Notes under the pieces: generated by a model | Seen by the model: the letters and a program-made list of their open reading frames with translations, nothing else | What the model was told of the DNA's origin: nothing | The model's database searches: none | Part shown: positions 26,028 through 38,540 of the stretch, one piece after another | Layout: every line of letters starts with the position of its first letter | How positions within the stretch are numbered: the stretch's first letter is position 1 | From: Camelus dromedarius | Taxonomy: Eukaryota | Direction: 5' to 3' | Assembly: GCF_036321535.1 (NCBI RefSeq) | Contig: NC_087437.1 | Coordinates: 47,432,001 to 47,496,000, forward strand | Length of the DNA: 64,000 nucleotides | Program-made: the position numbers and the translations under genes

Positions 26028-26444
26028 TAGGACCCAGGCCAAGAATGACGTAAGGGAGGTACTTGCCATGGGCACAAAATTTAAGGGAGCATCAAAAAAC
26101 TCAGCAATCAAAGTTTAAAATATTTTAAGAAACATTTTTACAAGTCAAACATAATGCAAAAAAAAATCAATGAGGAACAAAATACCAAAATTTTAAATAA
26201 AGACAGGATCCACAACAGAGCCATGCCAAGCCAGACTGCAGCCTGAGGCAAAAGGAAAATCAGTAATACTTATTCTGTCTTTAAGTTTTTAACATTTTGT
26301 TCACCATTGACTTTATCACATTACTTTTGAATTTTTAAAATATCACATTAAATTATTTATCTTGATTACTGAGTGTTTTGGCTGCCTCTTAAGTTCTGTG
26401 CCAAAGTCAAGTGCATCCCTCACCTCGCTGTAGTCCTGGCCCTG
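26028..26444. mobile_element. MER96B-like hAT non-autonomous fold-back element, inserted in a MIR in intron 3
   Basis: 417 bp; exact 8-bp TSD AATGAAGT (26020-26027, 26445-26452); long imperfect inverted arms (for example taaagacaggat at about 26199 versus attctgtcttta at about 26272); ends in ggccctg. Confidence 0.85.
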
Positions 26445-27105
26445 AATGAAGTAATGCATGAAAAGTGCTTAGCAGAGTACCTGACATAGTAAGTACTCAA
26501 CTAAAGTGACCATTATTAATGAACTTTATTTTATTCTATAGAAAAATAATACTTCAAAGACAGAATAGAGTCCATATTTCAGAGGCTACTAAAGTACAGA
26601 AATATCTTGCCTAAAGAACGAAAGGAACTTGGCTTTCATGTGTGTGTCATGATACCGAAGTCCAAAAAGAGTTTATCCAGGTTCTCTGCATAGAGGTAAG
26701 AAAAGGGCAGCCTCAAGAACCTGATCTTGCTGGAAGGCAAAATATAAAGTCAATGGGATTAATTGCAATAAAGATACAAATGTTTAAAAATCTCTCTTTT
26801 CACTCAGGGCTTCGCCTAGACATTCAAGGCCACTGAACCCAGAATTTTGAGAAACGCACAGAAGACTCAGGAAATAATTTTGTTTCATCACTTCATGCAT
26901 CATAACCAAAGCCAATGAGAAATTGTGGGGATCATAGACTTTTGCATGCATGAAATCCAGCACCACAGTTCATGAAGTTAAAAGCACCAATGAGGACCTT
27001 TCAGGAGTCTTTGCCCAACTGTAACTTCATGGGCACAAAGATGACAAATTGCACACATAACCATCTGTGCATAGGACAGCCCTCACACCAACACGTGGGT
27101 CTCAC

Positions 27106-27225
27106 CTGCGGAGGGACTGGAACAGCTGGAGTCGCCACAGGTTCCACTGCGTTACTCACTCTAGCAGGAGGAGGACAGCTGTTCGCTGCATAGTAATTTC
27201 GAAGTTTCTTACCATGATTTTTACC
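27106..27225 (-). CDS. ZMAT3: ZMAT3 coding exon 3 (40 codons)
   Basis: Translates to GKNHGKKLRNYYAANSCPPPARVSNAVEPVATPAVPVPPQ, completing finger 1 (HYQ|GKNH). Acceptor ttttacttctag; donor CAG|GTGAGA; 120 nt. Confidence 0.98.
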
Positions 27226-27327
27226 CTAGAAGTAAAATGAAATGAGTAATCACTGTGAGGAGAAGTTGTCAAATTGAGTTAATGCATTCACTAAAAAAAA
27301 AAAGAAGAAAAAAACATTTTATTCTTT

Positions 27328-28530
27328 TTTTAAAAAAATATACTTTTTTTGAAGTATAGTCAGTTTACAATGTGTCAATTTCTGGTGTACAGCACAATAC
27401 TTCAGTCATTTAGGAACATACATATATTCATTTTCATATTATTTTTCACCGTAAGTCACTACAAGATATGAATATGGTTCCCTGTGCTATACAGTATAAA
27501 CTTCTTGTTTATCTGTTTTATATATATACATTAGTGAGCATCTGCAAATCTCGAACTCCCAATTTATCCCTTCCCACCCTCTTCCTTCCTGGTAACCATA
27601 AGTTTGTTTTCTAAGTCTGTGAGTCTGTTTCTGTTTTGTAAATAAGTTCATTTGTCTTTTTCTTTTTTTTTTAGATTCCACATATAAGTGATATCATATG
27701 GTACCTTTTCTTTCTCTTTCTGGCTTACTTCACTTAGAATGACTATCTCCAGGTCCATCTATATTGCTGCAAATGGCATTATTTTATTCTTTTTTATGGC
27801 TGAGTAGTATTCCATTGTGTAAATATACCACAACTTCTTTATCCAGTCATCTGTCAATGGACATTTAGGTTATTTCCATGTCTTGGCTATCATAAACAGT
27901 ACAGCTATGAACATTGGGGTGCAGGTGTCTTTTTGAATTAAGCTTCCCTCTGGATATATGCCCAGGAGTGGGATTGCTAGATCATATGGAAAGTCTATTT
28001 TTAGGTTTTTGAGGAATCTCCATACTGTCTTCCATAATGGCTGCACCAAACTACATTCCCACCAGCAGTGTAGGAGGGTTCTCTTTTCTCCACAGACTCT
28101 CCAGCCTTTATCATTTGGACTTTTGAATGATGGCCATTCTGACTGGCGTGAGGTGATACCTCATTGTAGTTTTGATTTACATTTCTCTGATAATTAGTGA
28201 TATTGAACATTTTTTCATGTGCCTATTGGCCATTCATATGTCTTCACTGGAGAATTGCTTGTTTAGGTCTTCTGCCCATTTTTGGATTGTGTTGTTTGTT
28301 TGTTTTTTCTTATTAAGTTGTATGAGCTGTTTATATATTCTGGAGGTTAAGCCCTTGTCAGTCTCATCTTTTGCAAGTATTTTCTCCCATTCCATAGGTT
28401 GTCTTTTTGTTTTGCTTATGGTTTCCTTTGCTGTGCAAAAGCTTATGTTTAATTAGGTCCCATTTGTTTATTTTTGCTTTTATTTCTATTGCTTGGGTAG
28501 CTTGCCCAAGAGAACATTGCTGAGATTTAT
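27328..28530 (-). mobile_element. Relatively young 5'-truncated L1 (ORF2 C-terminus, 3' UTR, poly(A)) in intron 2, sense to ZMAT3
   Basis: Well-preserved ORF2 3' sequence and an exact 13-bp TSD CATTTTATTCTTT (27315-27327, 28531-28543). Confidence 0.92.
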
Positions 28531-29419
28531 CATTTTATTCTTTCAGAGATATGCAACACTGGGGTAAACAGGCCACTAGCTAGATATGATTATTAGATCT
28601 TGAAGTAGAAGAGTCTGCTCTTCGATGCTAACAGAATGATTAAATTTATCTGGAGAAGATAAGGGAACAAAGCCAAGAGAAATTAATTTCCTATATATTT
28701 CTGGAAAAGTACCACATTTTCTAGTGATCTATGTCCTGCCCCAACTTGTTTCTATTCACATGCCACTGCCTAAATATGAGTTTTATGACACTCTGATCTA
28801 ATCTTTATAAATCAGTAATGAAATGGATAATCCAATTACTTTTACAAAAATAGCACTTACAGAGTATCTTTTCTACTTACAAAGAACTCTCATGTGCATT
28901 AGCTTATTTGCTGCTCACAAAGATTCTGTAAGAGGAATTTCTTACCTGTACTGTTATCTACTTATGACAGCTGAGGAACTGCAATCCAGAGAGTGTGGGG
29001 AACCTGCCCCAACACCTTCAGCAGGCCTAGCAGAGGGACTAGAGTGTGAGGCAGGTCTTCTGAATCCAAAGCAAGGCCTTTTTTCATTACAGTAAGATGG
29101 CTTCAGGATGCACCATGAGCCTCCACTAAAATGGATTTGCCTCTCTCCTCGTGTTTTAATTTATTATTTATAATCTGTATTCATAAGCTGATACAAACTG
29201 GTGGGCAGGGTCAGTGGTCTAGAAGCATTCTAAATGAGGGTAAAACAGCATATTATTCTTTAAACTGCACTATAAATTCAAACCTATAGGCAAACATTAA
29301 TTCCCCATCTACCATATGCTAAGCCCTAGAAATAGACCAGGCTAGCATATGGTCTAGAGGAGGAGACAGATATGTAAGCAGTTACAGTAATGAGCTAAGT
29401 TCCATGTTTTGGCTACTGG

Positions 29420-31160
29420 AATGCCCTAGAGGTGCTCTTACCATGGTCACAGTAACCTCCAGGGAGCCAAATCCAGTGGTCATGCCTGTGCCTTCATTGT
29501 ACTCCAACTCTAGCAGCTTGATACAACTGATATCCCCCTTCTACTCTATTGTCTTCTAGGACTCCCTTTTACCTCCCTACCTCTCATTCTCTAAATGCTG
29601 CAGCATCCAATGCACTACCCTTGGTCCTCTTTTCACTCCATCTACATGTAAACTCCAGGTTATATTGCCCAGTCTCATAGCTTAAAAATACAGTCAATAA
29701 GTTGGTGACTGCCAAAATTATCTATCTCCATCTCTGTCTCTGCTGACTGTGTCCCCCCCAAAATTCCTATTTTGAAATCTAATCCCAATGGGATGGTATT
29801 TGGAGTTGGGACTTTGGTCGATAATGAAGTCATGAGGGTAGAGCCTAATTAGTGCCCTTGTAAGAAGAGGCCAGAGAGCTCCCTCACCCTCTTTCAGTCA
29901 CATAAGGATACAGGGAGAAATCAGCCATCTGCAATCTGGAAGAGGACTGCACCAGAACCCAACCATGCTAGCTTCTTGATCTCTTCTACCCTCTAAAACC
30001 ATGAGAAATAAATGTTTGTTATTTAAGTCTCCTAGGCTATGTAATTTTACAGCAGCCCCACCAGACTAAGACAATCCCTGACCTTCAGAGCCAACTAAAG
30101 GTCAACTGCCTCCTTGCTATTCACACATTGCAGTCTTAAGAGGCATATCCAACTTAAAACGTCTAAAACATAAATTTTGGTCTCCTCCCCCCGAACTTTC
30201 TCATCACTGCTACCATTATTCATCCACATGTCAGTTAATGATACTACCCTCTACCCAGTTACTCAAGAAAAGCAGAGGGGTTCTTTTCTTGATTCCATCC
30301 CTCCTTAAAGCCAGCACATTCAGTCCATCAGCAAGTCTTGTCAGCCTACCTCCTAAATATATCCTGAATCATTCCATTTCTTTCCATGGACACTCAAATA
30401 AATGCCACAGTAATCCAAGCTACCAAGTTTTTCATTTGTCGTAGGCAACAACTCCTAGCCGGGCTCTGCTCTCACTCTCATCCCCCTACAATTCTCCTCA
30501 AATCAGCCAAAGAGATAATTCTGACATAAATCAGACTCATGTCACTCTCTCACTTAAAATCTTCCATTGGCCTCCAACTACACTTGAAATAAAATCAACA
30601 AATCTTACCTATAAGATATTTACCTTTAATATACCTATGTCTGACCTGGTCCTATCTACCTCTCAGCTTTTACTTCACACAGCACCCCTCCTCCCTCATC
30701 ATTATGTCCCTGCCTCCCTGCCATTCATTCTGTTCCCTATGCATGCCAAGCACATCTAGCTCTAGTGCCCCTGTACTTGCTGTTCCTTCTGCCTGGAATG
30801 TTCTGCTTTCTGATCTCTACGTGGCTGGCTCCTTCTTATCCTTCAGGTCTCAACTCAAACAACACCAAACAGCATCTCACTCAGTCTGAAGTGCCACGCC
30901 CATCTCCCCAGCCCCACTCCCTCAACACACAATCTCCATCATATCACCACCATTGTCTGGTTTTATTTTATTAGTACCACTTATTACTACCTAAAATAAT
31001 GTTCATTTACCTATTTTTTCTCTTTCCTAACCTCTGGAATGTAGACTTCTTGAAAATAAAGACCTTGTCTGTCTTGTTTACTGTTCTAGCCCCGATTTCT
31101 AGAACAGTTTCTAGCATATAGCAGGCAATCAATAAATATTTGTTGGACAAATGAATCAAG
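29420..31160 (+). mobile_element. L2 (L2a-like 3' part) interrupted by an MLT1 LTR at about 29740-30072
   Basis: L2 end caataaatatttgttggacaaatgaat at about 31130-31157. MLT1 motifs tgtgtcccccccaaaattc...aataaatgtttgttatttaag...gactaagaca. Confidence 0.8.
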
Positions 31161-33059
31161 TATTATCATGGAGATAAGGAAGAAAATGCTAGGAGTTCAC
31201 AAAGAAGGAATTTCTTACTTCTGCCTGAGTGTGTCAGGAAAAGTTTTCCTGAAAAGGGGACATCTGAGTCATCTTTTAGAATAAACAAAAGTTTACGAGG
31301 CAGATAAGGAGCGAGGTGAAAGAAAATTGTGAACAGAAGAAACAGTGTGAGCAAAGGCCCACCCTGCTGGAGAAACGGTCTAAATGATCCTTTGAAAAAG
31401 AGGTAGGAGCTGGTATATACAAAGGGAGCTAATCATTAATGATCTTGTCCATAATATAGAACTTGGACTTTTAGAGGCAGCAGGGGAACTCTGAAGGACG
31501 TTAAGCAAAGCAGCTACGTGACTGGATTGCATTTGATAAAGACTATCCTGGGGTCAGCCTGACGAATAAATTAGAATAGACGGAAGCTGGGAAGATAGAG
31601 AGGAGAGCCAAAGACGAAGCCTGAGGACACTATAATATAGCATAGTAGAGCATGAGGACCCAGAAAAATGAGACTGAGAATGCCTGGCCTAAGAAGTAAG
31701 ATGAAAAATCAGACAAGTGTGGCATTATGGAAGTCTAGAATAAGGTGTTTCACAAGAAGAGTCTAGCTAGATACATTATAACCCACCACATTCTAACTTT
31801 TACTTCTAGGTATCACCAAATGGAAACACACATATAAGGAGATACCTAGAAGAACTGTTTGTAACCACTGAAAAGTGGAAACAACTTAAGTGTCCAACTA
31901 CAAGATAATGGATAAACTGTAGTCTATAGTTTGGAACTACAAACTATGGACTTGCAGTAGGCATGGAACACTATACTGTTGTCAAAACACACATCCTAGG
32001 GCCATGCATGGCAACATAAATGATTCTCATAACAAAATGTTGAATAAAAAGAACATGTTGGGAAAGAAAATATGTAAGAGCAACCTTTTTAATTTGGGGG
32101 TTAAATATGAAAACCACTACATGTTATATAGGAAGACATATGTAGTGAAAGTACAAAAAAACGGCAGGCAATAAATCCCAGGTCAGTACAGTGGCGACAG
32201 CTGGGAACACAGGAGTAGCTGCAATTGGGAAAGGATGCAGAGAGCTTCAGATGAATTGGTAATTTTCATTCTTGAAGCTAGATGGCAAATACACATGTTC
32301 ATTATATTATTTTAAATAATTTTATGTCTGAAGGATTTCAAAATAATTTTAAAACACTAATAACAAAAAAAAAAAAAAAGGAGTGGTTCACCAGGTCAGG
32401 ACAGAGAAGTAATACTTGAAAAGACACAGGTCAAGAATACTCTTGGTAAGAACCATTTCAGTAGAGCAGTAGGGGATAAAAAGTCACAGGGAGTAGCTTA
32501 GGGAGAGAGTGGGAGATGTGAAAATGGAGACAACCAGTATAGGCAGCTATGTAGAAGAGTTCCACCATGACAGGGAGCAGAGAAATAGACTATAGAGTTG
32601 GAGGGGGGAGTGAGTCAATAGAAGATTTTTTTTAAAGATGGCTTAGGCTTGTCTGCATGACTACAGGAAGAAATCAGTAAAAACAGAAGCACAGATGATG
32701 CAGGAGCTGAAGCATAGTTACAGAAGCATACCCCATAAAAAAGGAAGAAGAAGACGACATCCACAGGACTATGACAGGGACCAACTTTAGACAGGCTCAG
32801 GTATTTTATTTCTAAAGCAGGATCCATAGCAGTATTCAAGCAGCTACTGCCTCCATACATAATGATCATAATGGCAGCTAACAATTTTTAACCACTTACG
32901 TGACAGTGTTCCAAACACTTCATAAATATTTTCTCATTTAACCTTCATGAAATCTCTATCAAGTAGGGATAATAATTATCCCCATTTTGCATACAAGGAA
33001 ACTAAGTTTAGAGAATTAGAAATTTATGCAAGAGCTTTCCCATAGCTAGGCAGCAGCTG

Positions 33060-36000
33060 CCTAGATTTGCATTTCCCCATATATCCTACAAACAATAGAG
33101 AACAATAAGAAAAACAAATAAAACTGCACAAAAACCATATCCTTCATACAACTGGAAGCCACAGAATGCCCAGACCTCAAAATAACTGTAAGTAAAAAAG
33201 AAAACACATCAAACCCCAGTGAGCAATCACTCATACTCCTGCCACAAGCCTTCAAAGTAAACAAGAGCACTCTGACAAAAAGTGCAGGATAGAAAGAAGA
33301 GGAATCTGGCAGCTGCCCTAAAATTGCTTTATAACCACCACTAGAAAAAGTCAGTCCCCTAAGTTTATAAATACTAAAGCATGATCTAGCCACTAACTGC
33401 TGGAGAGGGACTTAAATGCATACATGATCTGAAGTGGCTATCTTCAAAGTGGCTTCTAGAGGAGAAAAAGGCAAAAAGGAAGGGAGAGGCACCCTTTGGC
33501 AACTGGGAGGTGAAGAGGAAAAGAGGCAAAACAGGAAAAGCTAGCATCCTACAAGGCAAAAAAGAACAAGGAGAAAATCAGAAGACATACAAACCCTCTC
33601 CTGGCCACTATTAAAAAAAAAATTCCCCAAATTATTAAAGAACTGGACTTTGCTGCAGTGACAGAAGATGTCGCCATTGAATTAGGAATCTCATAAACCA
33701 CCACAAATCCACATAATAAACAGACAAAAACAAACCAACTTTATACAAAGTTACTACCAAAAGATCAACACACCTCAGCAAATGAACCAGACTCTGCCAG
33801 AAAATGAAACAGAAGAAGACAGCAAATAGAATTAAATGTAGTATTCAAACGAAAATTGGGGGATATTAAAAAATCATCTTGAATCAGGAATTAAAAATGT
33901 ACAAAGAAAAATGGGCAAAACACAGTGAGAAATAAGAATAAGGGAAATTAAACTCAGGAAAGATAAAGAGAGTTATGTCAAAAATGAGGAATAAATACAA
34001 GTGTCAAAGAAGAATAGACTCAAATGAAAATGTAACAAGAGGCATTAAAGAAAGAAAACCAATAAAAAAAAAAAAGATATAAAAAAATTTAAAGGGTCAG
34101 AAAAGAAGCAATGGAAGTGGAAGACAAGTAAAGAAGAAATAACGCATGTAAAACTGGAATCCCCAAAGAAGAAAAGAAAAACAATCAAACAGAACTAATA
34201 TTTGAAATTATAATTGTCCAAAATTGTCTAAAAGTGTTCAAAAGTAAATGAAGACTTGAATCTACATATTGAAAGGCATACCAGGTACCTGGGAAAATTT
34301 AAAAGGTATGAGACTTCACAGAAAAAGAAAAAAGTCCTCAAGCTCTCTAGGCAAAAAGATCAAATAATTTACAAAGGTAAAGAATCAGAATGGCTTCCAC
34401 AATATGCAAAACAAGGTAATAATGGAGCAGCATTTTTTTTTCAAATTAAAGTATGAACTAAGAATTTTATGTCCAGCCAACTATTCCTATATCAAGTGTC
34501 AAGACTATAGAAAGACATTTTTAAACATACAAGACCTTAGGAATTTAGTACATAAAAGTCTAATATTTAAAAGTATTAGAGTTTCATTCAACAAGATATG
34601 ATTAGGAAAACTTCAGAAGGGCTGATGGTAAGTATTTTCACATACATAATTGTATCAAAGACTAAATAAAAGGTGAAGGTGAGGGTGAAAGATTAATGTT
34701 CAAATATTACACATTATGACAGAATGGAAACAATTTAGGAAAAAATGGGAAGAAAAAGAAAGAGGAAAGTAGAATAAGCTCATTGATTCTGTAATAAGGA
34801 ATAGCTGAGATACAATTAAGAAGTGAAAAACCAGATAGTAACACCAACAGGCTGGTAAAATCATTTAAAAATATATAAATAATAAGGGAATGAAAATGGA
34901 CTACAAGGGATGGCATGGTGTGACACTTAGTTCTAAGTATACCTTTTTGTATGATTCTGATTTTTAAAACTATATTAACATTTTACAGACTTAGAAAAAG
35001 AATCAAAGCCAAGAATAATTGAAGAGGACCAAAAATAAAAATGTACAAATAGAAATAAGCCAACCTGTACAAAAAAATAAATAACATCACCACACTGACA
35101 GGGGAGGGAAGAAAAAAATTTTTCACATAGTTTCAAAGTATCTGGCCCATGATACTTATTAAACATGAAAAGAAAAATACAAAGGACAACCCTAGCAGGC
35201 AGCACCCTTGTAAACTAAATAACTTTGTAAAACAGTAGTTTGACTACACACTGTAATGCTAAAGACCAAAAGAACACTGTAAAAACATTATCCTCTCACC
35301 AGTAGGTTTGTTTTTCAAAAGGGCATAGATTATCAATCACTGAACTACTTTATATGTATGGTGAGTGAGTGAGAGTGTATGAGTGTGTGTGTGTGAGTGT
35401 GTGTGTGCACATGTGTTGTGGATAATGAAAGCCCAGGTTTCTCACTATCAAAGAAAGGAGTTAATATTAAGAAAAGATGGAAGGCTGGAATGAACTCTGT
35501 CATGGTGTACTGAAACTGGAAGCATCAGTCTGAACTCAGTTTTCAGTATGTGTACACACAGATAAATAGAAACGTATGTATACATACATATAGATTACTA
35601 GCTCTGTCATGAGAGAATCTAGAAGCAATGACACTCCAGTACCAACAAGCACACCTAACACTCAGATTCTGGTTTCTAAATGGGATTCTCCATTAAAGAA
35701 ATCTAGTTCCTTGAAGAAATGCTTAGTATGGGGAAAGTACAAGAAAATCCTGGAATACTTTTTATTGTCAGAAGTAAGGAGTATGCAAAAACTTATGGGG
35801 ACATGTCAAAAGATTACAATCACTAGACTGAAGGGACTCACTCTGGTCAAACCTGGGACAGTTAAAACATCAAAAAAATGACAGTAAGAGATTATATCCC
35901 TGGAATAAAATAAAAATCCATCATCCATAGTGAAATAAATTAATTAATTAATAAGAAAAGTTCTTCTTTAAAGCAAAATTCTAACTATACATGTAAAAAG

Positions 36001-37479
36001 AATGATTAAAACAGAAAAATCACCATTTGGCAAATACCACAATAATCACTGCAGGAAAAAATCCATCAATAGATGCTAAAATCACTAAGTAAAAATAGGA
36101 GAAATATTCACATAGTCCCAAAGTATCTCCCCACACGGTACTTTAATTAAACATAAGAGGAAAAACAGTAACTTTACAAAGGAGAAGCCTGGCAGGCACC
36201 CCTGTAACCAGTGATCAAAGCTAACAGCACCAGTGATGCAAAATATTGACTTCATGTCCTTCCCAATATGGCATGCCCAAAAAACCACATAACCTAAATT
36301 TAATCATGAGAAAACAACACACAAGCTCAAATTGAGACCTTCTACAAAACAACTCTGCAAAGATTGCAAGATGGTAAAAAGCAAAGAAAAACTTAACCCA
36401 TCTAGATTAAAGGAGACATAACAACTACACACAAAATTTCATCCTGCATTGGATCCTGGAACCAGAAAAAGGATATTAATAGGCAACTAGGAAAATTCAA
36501 AGAGCCTATAGATTAGATATTCTTATTGTTATCAGTATTAATTTCCTGATTTTGATAACTGTATTGTAATTATGTAAAATTTTAATATTTGGGGAAGCTG
36601 ATGAGGTGCATGCAGAAATTTTTGTAAGTGTTTTGTAAGTTAAAAGTTATTCAAATTAAAAAGTTAATAAAATAAAATTAACCTTGTCCAAATCCACAAA
36701 TAAATAAATGGCCTAGCTGAGAACGATCTCATTCCTGTGCACCCTAGGACAACTAAACAAAATTAAGGACTTTCTCAGTACCAGGAACTGTTCTAAATGC
36801 CTTACTACATACTAACTTGCATGTATTATTAGCATCATCATTATCATGAGCATCTTTATAAAGCACAGAGAAGTTAGGAAATGTTTCCAATATCATACAT
36901 CCAGTAAATAGTAAGTCTACATCTTGAACACCCAAAGCCCATGACCTCATGTTCTTAACTAATATCCTATAAAACAGATGCTAGAAAAGGAAATAATAAG
37001 AACTTAAGAGTTCCTTAAAAATTAAAGATATGATTGTCAAAATTAAAAAAAAATCTGACATATCATTAGAATTCAAGAATACCTCTCAGAATGTAAAATA
37101 AAGGAATGATAAAAGAGAGAAGAGATAAGCAATATAAAGACTCAATCCAGCTAATCCAAGATAGTGCTAATAGAATTACCAGGAAAAAAAAAAAAGAAAA
37201 TATAGAAAAGAGTATTATCAAGGAAATAGTATCAAAGAAAATTCCCTAGAGCTCAAGAGAAACCGGAGTAAGCAAACTGAAAGGATTCATGAGTGCTGAC
37301 AGGGACAAATGAAAAAAGACCCATACTTAGACATATCCATCATTGTGAAATTTCAGATACCAAGGATAAAAAGAAGAGCCTAAAGCCTCCAGGAAAAAAA
37401 AAAAAAGCCCAAAATTAAAGTAGGTTACCCACAAAAGAATAAGAACCAGAATAAGACTTCTCTTCAGCAACACTAGGAA

Positions 37480-37523
<44 letters not shown>

Positions 37524-38540
37524 GGAGTACATCCTTAAATATTCCTAGGAAAAATAATTTTCAAGCTGGAACTGAACTGTCAAATATGAAGACCCAATAC
37601 AGACATTTTTAGACATATAAGAACTCAGAAAAATTTATTTCCCATTATTCCTTCACTTTAAAGAGAAAGACATGTTGTCATTTAGATTTATATTTATCCT
37701 TTCTTCCTTCAAGTAATGTGAAGATGTACTCCAACAAAACAAAATTAAAAAAAAAAAGAAAACATGTGTATTTAGAAAATAGCAGCTCAAACCATAGATC
37801 AACAAAGAGAAGTTCAAAATTAACAGCTGTGCAGCAAACCCAGGGGGCAACCAGTTGAAAATGGAGCAAGAAGATAGACAGATCCAGGATAAAAAGTGGG
37901 CTAACACACAATAGATAGAGTGATCGAGAGTCTGGAGAGGAAAATGAAGCTATGATAAAGATACATTATGTAAGAAAAAGAAGGGGAAAGAGGAAAACAA
38001 TTAAAAACTGTAGGAAATACAAAAAGCTACACAATGAAGTCATGATCCAAATGCAAAACAACTAGTCCAAATTAGAACAGGAAATCAGTGGGTTTCATGA
38101 AGTAATTGAAGTGGATTGTAAATAATAACAAGAATTAAGAAGCTAGTAGACTTTTTTAAGGCATAAGATTCTTTCCCCTACTTAAAGAAAAAAAAAAGTA
38201 CGAAATTCAGAGAAAAACAAAAAGCTGTTTCAAAGTTATAACCCACATATGATGCAAACTAAAATAGATGTGATTTCTGAGCAACTGGTGACATTCAAGA
38301 AAGGGCTATCCATTTGAACATCTCTTTTAAGTAGTATGGAATCATGACATTGGCGACAAAGAGTAAGAAACAACTTTGCAGTGAACATTTCCCTACTGAT
38401 AATAATGCAAAAGCTGAATATCAGTTTTCAACAATGGGGATCAACCTGCAAATGGAGGATGGGGAACTTCATTTGATTACAGCATAAATAAGAATAAACC
38501 TTGACAGTGTCAAAATAAAATTACAGCCAACCCAAGATGG
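33060..38540 (+). mobile_element. Cluster of very old L1/HAL1-like fragments with (GT)n/(CA)n microsatellites and a MIR
   Basis: Purine- and A-rich ORF1-like sequence and L1MC/ME-type 3' ends (about 35430-36670). (CA)n at about 37481-37520. Confidence 0.6.
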
